64,000 nt of DNA from Sphaerodactylus townsendi (Eukaryota), in the NCBI RefSeq assembly GCF_021028975.2, contig NC_059436.1, positions 9,424,001 through 9,488,000 on the forward strand, in the 5' to 3' direction. Numbering within the stretch: position 1 is the first letter of the stretch; the number at the start of each line of letters is the position of its first letter. Below the pieces are notes generated by a model. That model made no database searches, was not told the DNA's origin, and was given only the letters and a program-made list of their open reading frames with translations. Shown in pieces: positions 50,914 through 62,267 of the stretch. A program made the translations under genes and the position numbers.

Positions 50914-51484
50914 CATCATTCATGGAATGCTTACCTCGTGCCTCTTAGCTGCGTAGTGGGGCTGAAGGCTCCTCATGTTTCTCTGTTTACACGTGAGGAG
51001 GCAACCCAGTTCTCCCTGCAGCTAGTCTCGATTTCCTGATTCTCTTATCTCTGCCTCTCTCAAAGGCACAGATCTCATAATACTCAGTTGTCCCAATACT
51101 ATAGAGCTGATATTGTCCCCCCTTCCCCTCCCTAGACACTCTCTGTCTCTCCCCCAGCCTGTCTCTTCCTGCTGCCGAGGGCGAGATGCTCGTTTTAAAA
51201 AAGAGACTTGCCTTTTAAAAGTTTCTAAAAGCCCTTCTAATCATCAGGGAGAGCAGAGCAGGAGAGGTAGGCTGGAGCCCACTTCATATAGGAGGACAAC
51301 AGAACTCACCTATTGTGGACTGGGTCACACAATTCTCATTTGACTTAATTAGGAATTATGTTTCTTTTTTGTTTCAAAAGGCACTGGATTTTTTAGTTCC
51401 AAATACACCTGGCCTGTGATTTCTGTCTTCAATCTAAAGCTGCAACCACTTTAGTGCTGTTTCTGTCTTAGATCACTTTTGACT

Positions 51485-51745
51485 ATTATTAATAAAGTAC
51501 ATTTTAAAAACAGGCTTGAAAAACAATGAGCTCATTAAAAGGAGCGTTCATTAGAACTTGTTGACATTAAACCCATTAGACCAATTAACATTCCATTAAG
51601 TGGAACCGAGTCTTCCTTGGAGCATCAATGAGTTAATTCTGCATCATGATAATTGCTCCACCAGAGCCTGAGAGGTGTATTCTCAAATGCGGGAATTAAC
51701 GACAGACACTCCCTCCCGAGAAAAATAAACCAGGACTAATTGTGA
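51485..51745. promoter_or_regulatory. Candidate conserved non-coding element about 2 kb upstream of the PKNOX2 ATG exon
   Basis: At least ten ATTA/TAAT cores plus a SOX-type AACAATG in 260 bp of unique sequence. Conservation not tested. Confidence 0.45.
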
Positions 51746-52544
51746 AGCCTCAAGGCACTTGGGCTAGGCAACCAACGGGCCAACATCCTCTTCCTGGCAT
51801 GGAGCAGCATTTTCGGCTACAACCAATGATTCTAGCAGATGTGAATGTTAACAGCTTAAGCTTAGAGGATGTGAAGCTTGTGGAAACATGCAAGTCTTTA
51901 AGAGAAAAAGGAAAGAAGTTTGTGATTTTTCTAAGAACCGTGCTAAATTCTGATGTCACAAAAATGTGGCTGGACTGCTGTTATCCTAAACAGCGTCTGA
52001 CTCCAAGGTCTCATTTTCTCCACGCTAAGCATTTGAAATGGAAAGTCATAAATTCTTCAGAGTTTAATTCATCTCTAGTTAATATAGTGCTAATGAATTC
52101 CTGGCTGAAAGCCCACATAGCTCTGAGCAGAGATAACAACTGTAGTTGGGCTGAAGCTCGAAGCATACTTACTAGGCAGAGAGTTCAATGGGACTTACTT
52201 CCAAGTAAACACTTATTGAATTGGGTTCTTTGGGCCAGAATACACATTATGCTTTAACCTGCAAAAATAACTATGCTAGGGGAGGGGAGCAATCTGGATT
52301 GGGACTGTATCATTGGGGCAAGGGTGGGGTAGACCCCTACATCATGCCAACTGCCCCACGGAAGTGGTCCATAGCAGACTGGCAATGGCCGATTTCTATT
52401 TGATAAAGGCACAGTGAAAAGGATCCATGCACTTATGCTTCATTCCTTGGTTGGGGAGAAAAGACAATGTATTGTTTTAGGCTTTCACGGCCAGATTCAA
52501 CTGGTTATGGTGGGTTGTCCGGACTGTGTGACCATGGTCTAGTG

Positions 52545-52683
52545 CACAGGTGTCAAACTCGCGGCCCTCCAGATGTTATGGACTACAGCTCCCATCATCC
52601 CTTGCCAGCATAATGCTGGCAAGGGATGTTGGGAACTGTAGTCCATAACAACTGGAGGGGCCACGAAGCTTCTGACACCTATG
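52545..52683. mobile_element. URR1-like palindromic hAT MITE (nested)
   Basis: cacaggtgtcaaac...ggactacagctcccatcatccc / gggatgttgggaactgtagtcc...gacacctatg; flanks gtctagtg / gttcagtg. Confidence 0.8.
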
Positions 52684-52691
52684 GTTCAGTG

Positions 52692-52851
52692 TAGAATCTC
52701 CAGTGTTTAAAGCTTCCAGATGTTTTCAGGAACTACAATTCTATCAGTTCTCTGGGGTCAGCATGACCCACAATTGGCCATGCTGGTAGGGGCTGATGGG
52801 AATTGTAGTTCCTGAACATCTGGAGAGCCAAGCAGAGTTCTCTTTACCTTG
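52692..52851. mobile_element. Second URR1-like hAT MITE (nested, left arm degenerate)
   Basis: Right arm caattggccatgctggtaggggctgatgggaattgtagttcctgaacatctggagagcc matches the 58463 family; followed by gtctagtg. Confidence 0.75.
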
Positions 52852-52917
52852 GTCTAGTGGATCTTACCCCACCTGTTTTGTTTGTATTCAGTATTAGCAT
52901 CTTCGGCAGGTGATACA

Positions 52918-52958
52918 CCTCTGAAGATGCCAGCCACGGATGCAGGCAAAACGTTAGG
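52918..52958 (+). ncRNA. Minimal type-I hammerhead ribozyme motif, Penelope-associated, probably inactivated
   Basis: CCT-CTGAAGA-TGCC...GGC-[A]AAA-CG-TT-AGG: stem I CCT/AGG, core CUGAnGA, stem II GCC/GGC. GAAA reads AAAA at 52948; the sister element keeps GGCGAAACGTCAGG on the minus strand near 39029-39042. Confidence 0.65.
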
Positions 52959-53269
52959 AACAAGATCCACCAGACCATGGCCACACAGCCCAGAAAACCC
53001 ACCACAACAAGAGAAAAGACAAGTTTCCTTCCTCTACCACTGGGACCATTATCAGTTCAGGTAAGCAATGTTGGATGGCAACTGGGAAAATGACAAGGAT
53101 GGAAACAGCTCACCTATCCCCATGCTAAAAAAATGGATGTGGGGAAGCACAGCTACTATTTAAAGCACTATTAGGGAGACCCAGCCTTGGACTGCCAACA
53201 AAATGTTTATTTCAGCTCACACTTTGAAGAAGCTATTTAATAACGAAAAGGGCCTTTCGCCAGCTTTGG

Positions 53270-53700
53270 CTGCAGTCCTTCTTGGAAAGGGATGTGCTCT
53301 GGCCTTGTTAAGGTTAGATTACTGAAATGTGTTCTGTGTAGGGCAGCCTTTGAAGACTTCTTGTAAGCGTCAACTGAGCCAAAATACTGAAATAAGAAGG
53401 CTGACAATTACATGTCACAAAATACACATTTCTCCCTCTTGCAAGATCTACAAGGGCTTCAAAGTGCTGGTGGAACCTATATTGTCATCAACTGCCTTAG
53501 ACCAAGGAAGGACGGCTTGCCAAACCTGCCAATTCTTTGAGATCTTCACCCTCTTATCTGAGCAGGGCAGGCAGCAACAAGGGAGATGGCTTTTTTGGCT
53601 GTGGTGCCAGGTCTCTGGAGCATCCTCACCCATGAGCCTTCACTGGTGCCATCATTACTGGTGCTTAGATGCCAGGTGTGCCTTGGGCTGACTCCCCACC
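53270..53700 (+). mobile_element. Old L2 LINE fragment
   Basis: aggttagattactgaaatgtgttctgtgtagggcagcctttgaagact (RLDY-N-L--G-PLKT motif), cacatttctccc (HISP). Confidence 0.55.
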
Positions 53701-54266
53701 CCCACCAATTCTGTTGAGTTCCTTTAAGAAATTTTAATCTGATGCCTCCAGGAGTGACTGATTTTTGTGCTTTGCTTCACTGTGGATTTCTTTTGTTGAT
53801 CTTGCATTCTGCTGTTAGTTCATTTACATACTGTATCTTTTCTAACTTATGTTCTTTCTTGTTAAAGTTGCTTTTTCTTCTGCTTAGCAGGATAAAATGA
53901 TTGCAACAAACAGTTTGAATGAATACAGGCTTGGACATTCAGTCTTAAGGGGTGGGTACAAGCCCAAACACAACCGTGTGGACCTTTTCCACCATGTTTG
54001 TCCAATAGAAATTGCCCACTGTCAAGTTGCCAAGGACACTGGTTGGGGAAAAGGACAAGTATCCTTATTCTATTTGTCCTGTTGACTGCTTTGACCATGT
54101 TGCAAAACTGACTGAATGCATGTACGGAGAGGGGCTTTTGTTAAGCACACAAATCAAGGTCAGGTCAAAAGACAGCAAACTGAAGGCCGGAGCACAGTAA
54201 TGTCTAGAAAGGAAAGATGTTGCTACCACGTGGCAGTTCTTCTCTTGGCTTAAGCCAGATGCTCAC

Positions 54267-54372
54267 CTGGCTTATTCATCAGACCTGCTCCTGTAAGCAC
54301 TCTCCATCATAGCTGAGGCCTGGCTGATGCTGAACAGCCAAACAAGTGCTGCGTCTTCTTTCATGTAAGTCA
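54267..54372 (-). other. PKNOX2: Probable PKNOX2 5'UTR exon; donor well supported, acceptor either at 54372 (106 nt exon) or near 54564 (298 nt exon)
   Basis: Strong donor CCAG|GTGAGC 4.9 kb upstream of the ATG exon in unique sequence. 106 nt is close to my recollection of the ~107-nt human UTR exon, but that AG lacks a pyrimidine tract. A better acceptor (CACCCTTTCCTCAG|CCTCAGCAG) lies at 54564. Confidence 0.6.
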
Positions 54373-55598
54373 CTGCGCAGCTTTCTCTGGATTGGCTCGC
54401 AGGGCTCGGAAGAACTGTGGTGAGGGCATGTCAGTCTGGGGTCCCCTGCATTCAGTTTGGAATTGGACGGATGAGGGGCTCCTGTGCTTATGCCTGACTG
54501 AGGCTGAGTTTGGTCCTTCATGGACTGTCCCATCTTCTTCTGATGCCACCGCTAGCTGCTGAGGCTGAGGAAAGGGTGTTATGCCAGAGTCTGATTCCTC
54601 ATCTTAAGGAGTCCTGAGCCATAATAGGCTTGGGACCATGATCGGCTTGGGACCACATCTATTGATATTGACTTCCCGTATATTGTCAGTGAGTGCTTAA
54701 TACCTGGGGCCTCTTTGGGTTGCTGAATGCTTTCTTTCTGTCCATCTCCCCCTCTGCTTGCAATTTTAGATAACAGGATTTTTGCGATATAAGCTTTTGA
54801 GAATCAGAGTTCAAACCACAGGGTTTCTAGTGATTCCTGAAGCTACCCCAGTATCACTTCTCAAAGCTACCCAACAGCTGATTATCCACTGCCAGCTGTT
54901 CCCTACCCTCGCCCTGCTCTGGCGTGAAAAGTCGCACCAGGTGTGCTATCGCTTTCCCCATGGAAAGTGAGAAGCTTGCGTGGAGCAAGAGGAAGCATGT
55001 CAGGACAAGAAATCTTGCCCCACTGTGTCTCCTCTCTTGATGCACTGCAAAGAGGAAGCGTGTCAGGACAAGATTTCTTGCCCCGTTGTACTTACAGTCG
55101 CACTGTGTGCCAGAGCGCCTGTGGGTAATCAGCTAATATCCTAAAGTGATTCCAAAAGCTACCCAATATCATTTCCCAGTTGTACACAGAAGTGATTTCC
55201 AGCAATTCTGAAAGCTACCCATTGTCCCTTCCAGGTTAAACTCGGAAGTGACAGTGATTTCCCCATCCATGTCTCTGCCTTCCAACTCTCCCCAGCCTAG
55301 CAACCATGCAGTTCAGTCACAATGCTCAGAAGGATACTACACAAGGGTTTAGAGAGAAGCAAATACTCTTCAAATTTTATTAAAAAAATATTCAGACCCC
55401 ACAATGAGAACAGAGACACACGTTGTGCTTCACACTGAATCACGCTTTCCCAACTGATTAACTGGAAATGCTGGGGATCAAACTTGGGACTTGCTATATG
55501 CCATGCAGAGCACCTCCCCAAGAGATGGCAGTAGGCCAGTTCACATCAGAGGTAAGTAGGCATTTTAAAATTACCTTCATGCCCTTCCTTTCTTAGAT

Positions 55599-55743
55599 CA
55601 GGTTCAGAAACCTGTGGTTCTCCAGATACCATGGGACTACAGTCTCTGATCAGCCCCTGCCAGCATGGCCAATTGGCTTGCTGGCAGGGGCTGATGAGAT
55701 TTGTAGTCCATGAACATCTGGAGAGCCACAGGTTGCAGACCTG
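55599..55743. mobile_element. URR1-like palindromic hAT MITE
   Basis: Exact 8-bp TSD TCTTAGAT (55591-55598, 55744-55751); central catggccaattggc palindrome. Confidence 0.9.
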
Positions 55744-55877
55744 TCTTAGATGTTACTTACAGATCCCAGACCAGGGCATCCGCTTTCTCAGCTGCTCTTC
55801 AGCCAGCAAAGACCATAGTAGAAAGCCCACCTGATGCCATACACAAAACTAGTGTGCAGATATTTTTGTGCAAGTTT

Positions 55878-55972
55878 AAATGCACACCAAAAAAACTTGG
55901 TCCTGGTGCAAGAGTAAATGAAAACTTGGTCCCTGTGCAAGACTAAATGCACACCAAATATCTTGGTCCTGG
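55878..55972. repeat. Local imperfect tandem repeat, 3 units of ~30-38 bp
   Basis: taaatgcacaccaaaaaaacttggtcctggtgcaagag / taaatgaaaacttggtccctgtgcaagac / taaatgcacaccaaatatcttggtcctgg. Confidence 0.75.
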
Positions 55973-57021
55973 GTTCCAAAAGCATTACTTATGTCTGAAG
56001 CATCTTTTGAAAAAGCAGGAGCTGAAACACTGGCGTTCTCCAGAATATCCTTACATTTTGAGGCGAAAACCCCCAAATAATGTCATTTAATAAAAATCTT
56101 ATTATTGTTGGAAAAGGAAGTTAACAGTCAAAGAACTGTTTCCCCTTCCCCAGTTACTTGGTTATACATTACAAAGCGAGGAAGGAAAAGGAACCCAGAG
56201 GGGTGACCTGTATCAAACAGAAGAGAATAGGCACAGAGGGATATTTCTGGGGACCGAAATGTCCTCCAAGTCAATGCACAGCTAGAATTTTACATGCTTC
56301 ATGTTTTGAAGAACGGTTTTCCTTTGGGTTCTCTTATTGGTAGATTGTAAAAAATATAGAGGGAAAACCAATTTCCTTGCATGGACAGCCTTTCCCCCCT
56401 GTAGAATCCTGCAGTAAAATTTCACTTTCAAATGAACGGGCTCAGATGTATTCAACTCTTCAAAAATAATACTGAAACAACACCATGGATTCTATACACC
56501 ATGAATGCTGTTGCTCCTATTCTGGACAGAGATATAAACAGAAGGAACAGAAACATCACTTTCAAAGAGAAAAATAGTTCTATTTGCAGAAGGGAAAGTA
56601 CATATGGATAATTCCCAGTTTGCAATCCTGTGGAACTCCTGATGAAGTCTCCCTCAAATTAGGGGGTCTTCCTGGTCTAGGTGGTTAGAATTGAACTGTC
56701 AATCTAACAGTCTTGTGTATATCACACAGACTGTTCATATGGGTGGTGTGTGAGTGTGTGTGTTCTCTGTCATCACCAAGGATACAACACTTTTATTTGA
56801 AAACAAACTCCATCCTTTGAATGGATAAGGCCAGATTTCTCATGGAATGTATTCCCTTCTGGATTAAACCTTTCAACGACAGTCAGAGCATTCAGAGTCT
56901 GGCTGCAAAACACTGTAAACAGCGGTTGTCATGTGGGGAAAGAGACAAGCTGGATAGATACGAGAGAGTCAGAGATATCTGTTCAGATAGGAAGACTGCA
57001 AAGTATCATATCTGGGATCCA

Positions 57022-57408
57022 TGCCCTATGAGGAGAGACTTCAGGAGCTGAGTATGTTTAGTTTGGTGAAAAGAAGGTAAAGAGGTGACACGATAGCCAT
57101 GTTTAGATATCTGAAGGGAGGGAGCAAGCTTGTTTTCTGCTGCTCCAGAGACTAGGGCCAGGAGTAATGGGTTCAGGGTGAAGGAAAAGAGATTCCACCT
57201 AAACATTAGGAAAAACTTCCTGACAGTAAGGGCTGTTTGACAGTGGAATGCACTACCTCGGAGTGTGGTGGAGTCTCCTTCTTTGGAGGTTTTTAAACAG
57301 AGGCTGGATGGCCATCTGTCAGGAATGCTTTAATTATGTGTTCCTGCATTGCAGGGGGTTGGACTTGATGGCCTTGGGGCCTCTTCCAACTCTATGATTT
57401 TATAATTC
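57022..57408 (+). mobile_element. CR1 LINE 3' fragment (ORF2 C-terminus plus 3'UTR)
   Basis: Translates to [31 protein letters not shown]; ends ttccaactctatgattttataatt. Confidence 0.92.
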
Positions 57409-58029
57409 ATATTCCCCCTCCCGTTCCTCCAAAGAGTTTGGAGTTTCACAATTTTGTGAGGAAAAGTTGTCACTGACTTAACAAGATGAGCTTCACAGCG
57501 AAGCAGGCATTCAAACACAGGTCTGTCCAGTCATAGCCCCACACACTAACCATTGCACCGCACAAAGTCTCAAGTTGTTTGTGTGGCATTTCCAATGGAT
57601 AGATAAAATGAAAAGCCAGAAGCAACCTCTGATTAACAGATTATGCGGACTCATTATACTGTAATACATACCGGAAATTGAGTCTTCCTCACTGGCTGAT
57701 TTCGAACAATCGTAATGGACAAATGAACTTGCCTTATACTGAATCAGAATCCATTGAAGTCAGTATTGTCTATTCTAAGTAGCCTCTTTTTCGTGGTTTC
57801 AAGCAGAGGCTGCTCTTTTTATCTGGACATGCCGTGGATTGTCTTGGGCTCTTATGCATGGAAAACAGATGCTTTACTATTTAACCACATCTCCTCCAAA
57901 ATAAGTCACATGTGGCATGTTAAAACTGTGGTTTGTGCAATGCATGATGGTTGTAAGGAACAAATCCTAGTTGCTGGGCAAACTCCAGTTTGTTGGTGTC
58001 TCACCTCCTCTGTGCTTCTCTGTAGATGT

Positions 58030-58175
58030 ATCACAGTTCTTCTGAGCTCTCTCAGCCCCACCCACCTCACTGAGTGTTTGTTGTGAGGGGGGAAGAGAAA
58101 GGAGATTGTAAACCCCTTTGAGTCTCCTGCAGCAGAGAAAGGGAGGATATAAATTCAAACTCTTCTCTTCTTCTC
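58030..58175 (+). mobile_element. 5'-truncated Squam3-like SINE
   Basis: tcacagttcttctgagctctctcagccccacccacctcac...gagtctcctgcagcagagaaagggaggatataaattcaaactcttc. Confidence 0.8.
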
Positions 58176-58462
58176 TCTATCTCCCCTATTTTGCCCTCTG
58201 ATCATCTTACACACGTAGGACTTGGCCTGAATTTTTCCCCAGCCCTGGCTGATCTCCTGGTCCTTAGGTCTACTTCTATAACTCCCTGAAGCATGTGGAC
58301 GAAAGGTGCAAACCTTTCTGCAAACCTGGCAGCAGCAATAAGAACAGCTCCTGCGGTGGCTTTCAGGAGGCAGCCACAGCATTCAAGCTCTGCCCTGGTA
58401 TTGTTTTCTGCAACCTACTTCGTGCCAGTCTTTCCCAATCGATCTCTGTGATAGGTCTAGAT

Positions 58463-58613
58463 CAGGGGTAGGGAACCTGCGGCTCTCCAGATGTTCAGGA
58501 ATCCATAGGATTTCATCAGCCTAGTTTCAGCATGGCCAATTGGCCATGCTGACAGAGGCTGATGGGAATTGTAGTTCCTGAACATCTGGAGAGCCGCAGG
58601 TTCCCTACCCCTG
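58463..58613. mobile_element. URR1-like palindromic hAT MITE, young
   Basis: Perfect TIRs caggggtagggaacctgcggctctccagatgttcaggaa; exact TSD GTCTAGAT (58455-58462, 58614-58621). Confidence 0.93.
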
Positions 58614-58729
58614 GTCTAGATTTTCAGAAAGATTTATTGTGACAACAAAAAGCTGGAAGTCAACCACCCTTAGGCACGGAGTGAAAAGAACAGATGTGGG
58701 GATAAGCCCTGACCAGAGCCAGCTCTGTT

Positions 58730-59030
58730 GCACATGAAATGTAACCTCCCACCTAATTTTGTTTTCCGTATATTCCAGAGGGGGGCAGTGTGGCATGTTA
58801 TTTAATTGTCTCGCGTCCCATAAATGTGCTCCCTATATCATGATCTCTGAGCACCCAGAGCTGCTAAATCACAGGGCTGCTTGTCACAGGATTTACAGCT
58901 CTGGGTGTTTTTAGAGAATTGAACTTATAGTCAAATATAAAAACAAATAAAAATGAGAGACAGCTGTTGCTGATAACGCTATATTTATCTTTGGGACACA
59001 AATTCGCTTTGCTGCAATAAATATGCCAGG
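58730..59030. promoter_or_regulatory. Candidate conserved non-coding element
   Basis: Unique sequence with a CTCF-like ccagagggggcagtg (~58774-58789), tttaattgtc, cccataaa, ggatttac, gacagctg, tgataa. Confidence 0.35.
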
Positions 59031-60124
59031 AGCTGCATTCTGTTTGCGGGAAAGATTTGGACAGCTCTCTTTCACTCTCTCACCGGGAACCTACAGCTAT
59101 GAATCTCAAAATAATGGTGTAAAGCTGTCACAGGTTTCATGTGGCTCCACGGATATGTCTGAAGCAAAATACACACGATTCATTCTGGAAAGAGCCAAGT
59201 GTGAACTGCGTGGTGCTAGAAAACATCAAACTGGCTGATTGGAGCGGTGAGAGGCAGAGCATGGACTACGGAGCTAAAAGGAAGTAAAGCCAGATGCGAT
59301 GCTGCGCATGGCTACCAAGCCTGGCGCTACAGTTCTAAATGCAACGAGGTGTGCTTTAAATTAATGACGCAACTCAGGGCTGGGAGTAAGGAATATCCGC
59401 TGCTTCAGCTTGGGGCTTCTGGGCTAATTGTGAGCTGAGCCCAAGCTTCTTTAAAAGTAGAGTTGAGACTATAAATAGCTCAGCCTCGCTGGCACAACCA
59501 TCTCCTTCCCCTTTTCAACTACAGCAAACCTGGCAGCAGGAAATAAGAACAGCTCCTGCTGTGGCTTTCAGTGGGTAGCTACAGCATCCAGAAGCCTCAG
59601 AAATGTATGCGCTCAGGACATGTTAGGTTGGTTTCCATCTTTCATGTTTTAATCCAGCACTCTAACACTTGAGGGCACATAGAGAGATGCATCTGCAATT
59701 GCTGTCAACCAAAAAAGGCACATTTGCTTTGATCCCTTGCATGGGACCTGTATCTCAAGTAGGGTTGCAGTTTCCCTTTTCTCCAGTGGTAGCTGTTTCA
59801 AGGTGAGAACTACCTGCCAACCACAATGGCTGCCCACTATCCTGAAACCTGAGGCAGGTGCCACATTGGGGACCAGCACTCGGAAGAGCCACCTGTGTCT
59901 CCTCAGCCACTGTGTATCATTGCTCAAAACACTTCACCACTTCACTGGTCTATGCTTCACAAAGATTTTGCCAGCATCCAAGGGCTGAAACAAGGACTCA
60001 GCAACAGCTCTCATCATTACCACTATGGCTGTGCAGCCAGTTTGGGGTAAGTCAGGGCTCATAATGTGATGAAGAGACCTTTTTGAGCTCCCAAAGACTT
60101 ACTCTTAGAACACAGCAATACAGG

Positions 60125-61395
60125 GTGCTCTGAACTGGACCGAATTTTAAACAGGTCGAAGATGGAGCTCCTGTGGCTCGGACGAGGGGGCCAAACTGGG
60201 GATTCCAACTGCTGATATTAGTTGGTGAGACTTTAACACCTGCCTCTTCTGTAAAGAGCCTGGGTGTGGTCCCTGTCTATGGAAACCCAGGTCACACATA
60301 CTGCCAGGATGGCTTTTTTCCTTCTTTGTCAGGCCAGGCAGTGGGCCCCCTAGCTGTCCCATACAGACCTGGCCACAGTGATCCATGCAACTTGTCATCT
60401 CCAGGCTATATTTCTGTGACTCACTCTACGCTGGCCTGCCCTTGACATGCAGCCGTGAGAGTACTCATTGGGACACCAGTAAGAGAGCACGTGACAGCTG
60501 TGTTGNNNNNNNNNNNNNNNNNNNNNNNNNNNNNNNNNNNNNNNNNNNNNNNNNNNNNNNNNNNNNNNNNNNNNNNNNNNNNNNNNNNNNNNNNNNNNNN
60601 NNNNNNNNNNNNNNNNNNNNNNNNNNNNNNNNNNNNNNNNNNNNNNNNNNNNNNNNNNNNNNNNNNNNNNNNNNNNNNNNNNNNNNNNNNNNNNNNNNNN
60701 NNNNNNNNNNNNNNNNNNNNNNNNNNNNNNNNNNNNNNNNNNNNNNNNNNNNNNNNNNCTCACCTTTCTCTCCTGTAAGGAGTCTCAAGGAGGCTTACAA
60801 GCTCCTTTCCCTTCCTCTCCTTTACTAACTTCACTGGTTGTCAGTTCAATTACAGATCATTTTCAAGGTTTTGGTCCTAACTTTAAGGCTTTGAGCAATC
60901 TGGGGCCGTCGTATCTTCGGGACCGCATCTACCCATATTGCCCATGGAGAACCCTTTAGTCCTCTGATGGCAATCGACTGGTGGTCCCCAGTGCCAGGGA
61001 TATTTGGCCAAGTTGCACCAGAGCCAGGACCTTTTCAGCTCTGGCTTCTGTCTGGTGGAACTCATTCCTGGCAGACACTATGGCCCAGTGGGATACAAAC
61101 CAATTCCGCAGGGCCTGTAAGCCACAAATGTTCCACTGGGCTAACAACTGATGAAGCCAGTCCTAAACTGTACCATCTTGGCCCTTGAATCTAGATCCCC
61201 TTCCTCTCTCACCCATTAGTTAGGATTGTGGTGAGTGTGGGAATATGTGTGTGTAATTTTAGGAAATCCTCATCTGGATATTACGTATTGGAGGATATTA
61301 AATTTTAAATTTAATCATTTATTCTTGTAACATTTTTGTTTTTACATATGTGTGTCAGCCAGGGAGGGTGGGATATTAAATCAAATTAAATACAT
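60125..61395 (+). mobile_element. L2 LINE 3' region, broken by a gap and a Squam3 fragment (60759-60822)
   Basis: Motifs VKSLGV, VISRLYFCDSLYAGLPL, LHWL..., FKVLVLTLRL, LGPSYLRDRIYPYCP; AT-rich tail. Confidence 0.75.
60506..60758. other. Assembly gap (253 N)
   Basis: Run of N. Confidence 1.
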
Positions 61396-62267
61396 TAAAA
61401 AAAACCCTATCTTGAGTATCCTTCCATTGAAAGGAACTGCAACATCTCTGCAACGGCAAAGTATTAGAAAGCTGGAAGAGAATGGAAGCTGGCTTCTCTC
61501 CCTTTAGCTCACTATGTTGAGAAAATATAAAAGGCAGCTGACTGAAGTCCAACTCCTTTAACTGGCAGTTGTTCGCATTTAACTAAAGTGACCTCTAGAG
61601 ATCCTTACCTAGTACTCCATTCATCTATGGAAATGGCAGCATAGAGAGAAATGATCCTCAGACTCATTTTGTGTTTAGTTTCCATTGATTAACGGCATGA
61701 CTTCATGCAGCAGTAAAAATGCCCAGCTGAAATATTTGCTGCTGAATCACTCAAAAGAAAATACAGCTGAGAGGGCTGACTACATATGCCTGCGAATGGC
61801 ATTTATTTGCAACACAAGCCATTTCAAGCAGAAGAATAGTTAATGTCCTAAGTTTTATTAATTCTCTGTCATGCACAAACTTGCATTACGTCGTGTTCTG
61901 CTCTGTAGTCAACAACCTTTTCCTTTTACCTGGGACTGCGGCAGAGGCACAGGGGGTGGGTGGAGGAAATGGCAGGGGCAACACCGTCTCCAGGCGCCCC
62001 CAACCCCCCTCACACTCCACTTGCCTTAGCCAGCAGGAGCCTGCCGTTGGCTGCCCCTTGGCCCAACCCCACCAGACTGCTCCTTCAGTTGGCGAAGGCT
62101 CTGCTGGCTGAAGGAGCAGCCTGGTGAGGCTGGGCCGGGCTGAGGGGAGGTGTGGGTGTGTGTGGGTGATTCTCCGCCCCCCCACGTGACCAGCTGCTGT
62201 GCACCCGGGGACATGTGTCCCCACATGTCCCTGTGAGCGCTTTGCCTCTGGACTGCAGAATCTAAGG

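Larger units (their letters stand above)
52468..53010 (-). mobile_element. Fold-back Penelope-like pLTR insertion with two nested hAT MITEs and a hammerhead motif
   Basis: Exact 12-bp TSD GAGAAAAGACAA (52456-52467, 53011-53022); tail on the left (tgtattgttttaggctttcacggccagattc); symmetry centre near 52907-52921. Confidence 0.85.

Noticed and set aside
51742-52257. 171-aa plus-strand ORF
   Set aside because: GTG start, no recognisable motifs, antisense within an intron; probably chance.
55878-55972. CRISPR-like repeat-spacer pattern (also 54980-55090, 15707-15770)
   Set aside because: Eukaryotic intron, only 2-3 degenerate units, no unique spacers, no cas genes.
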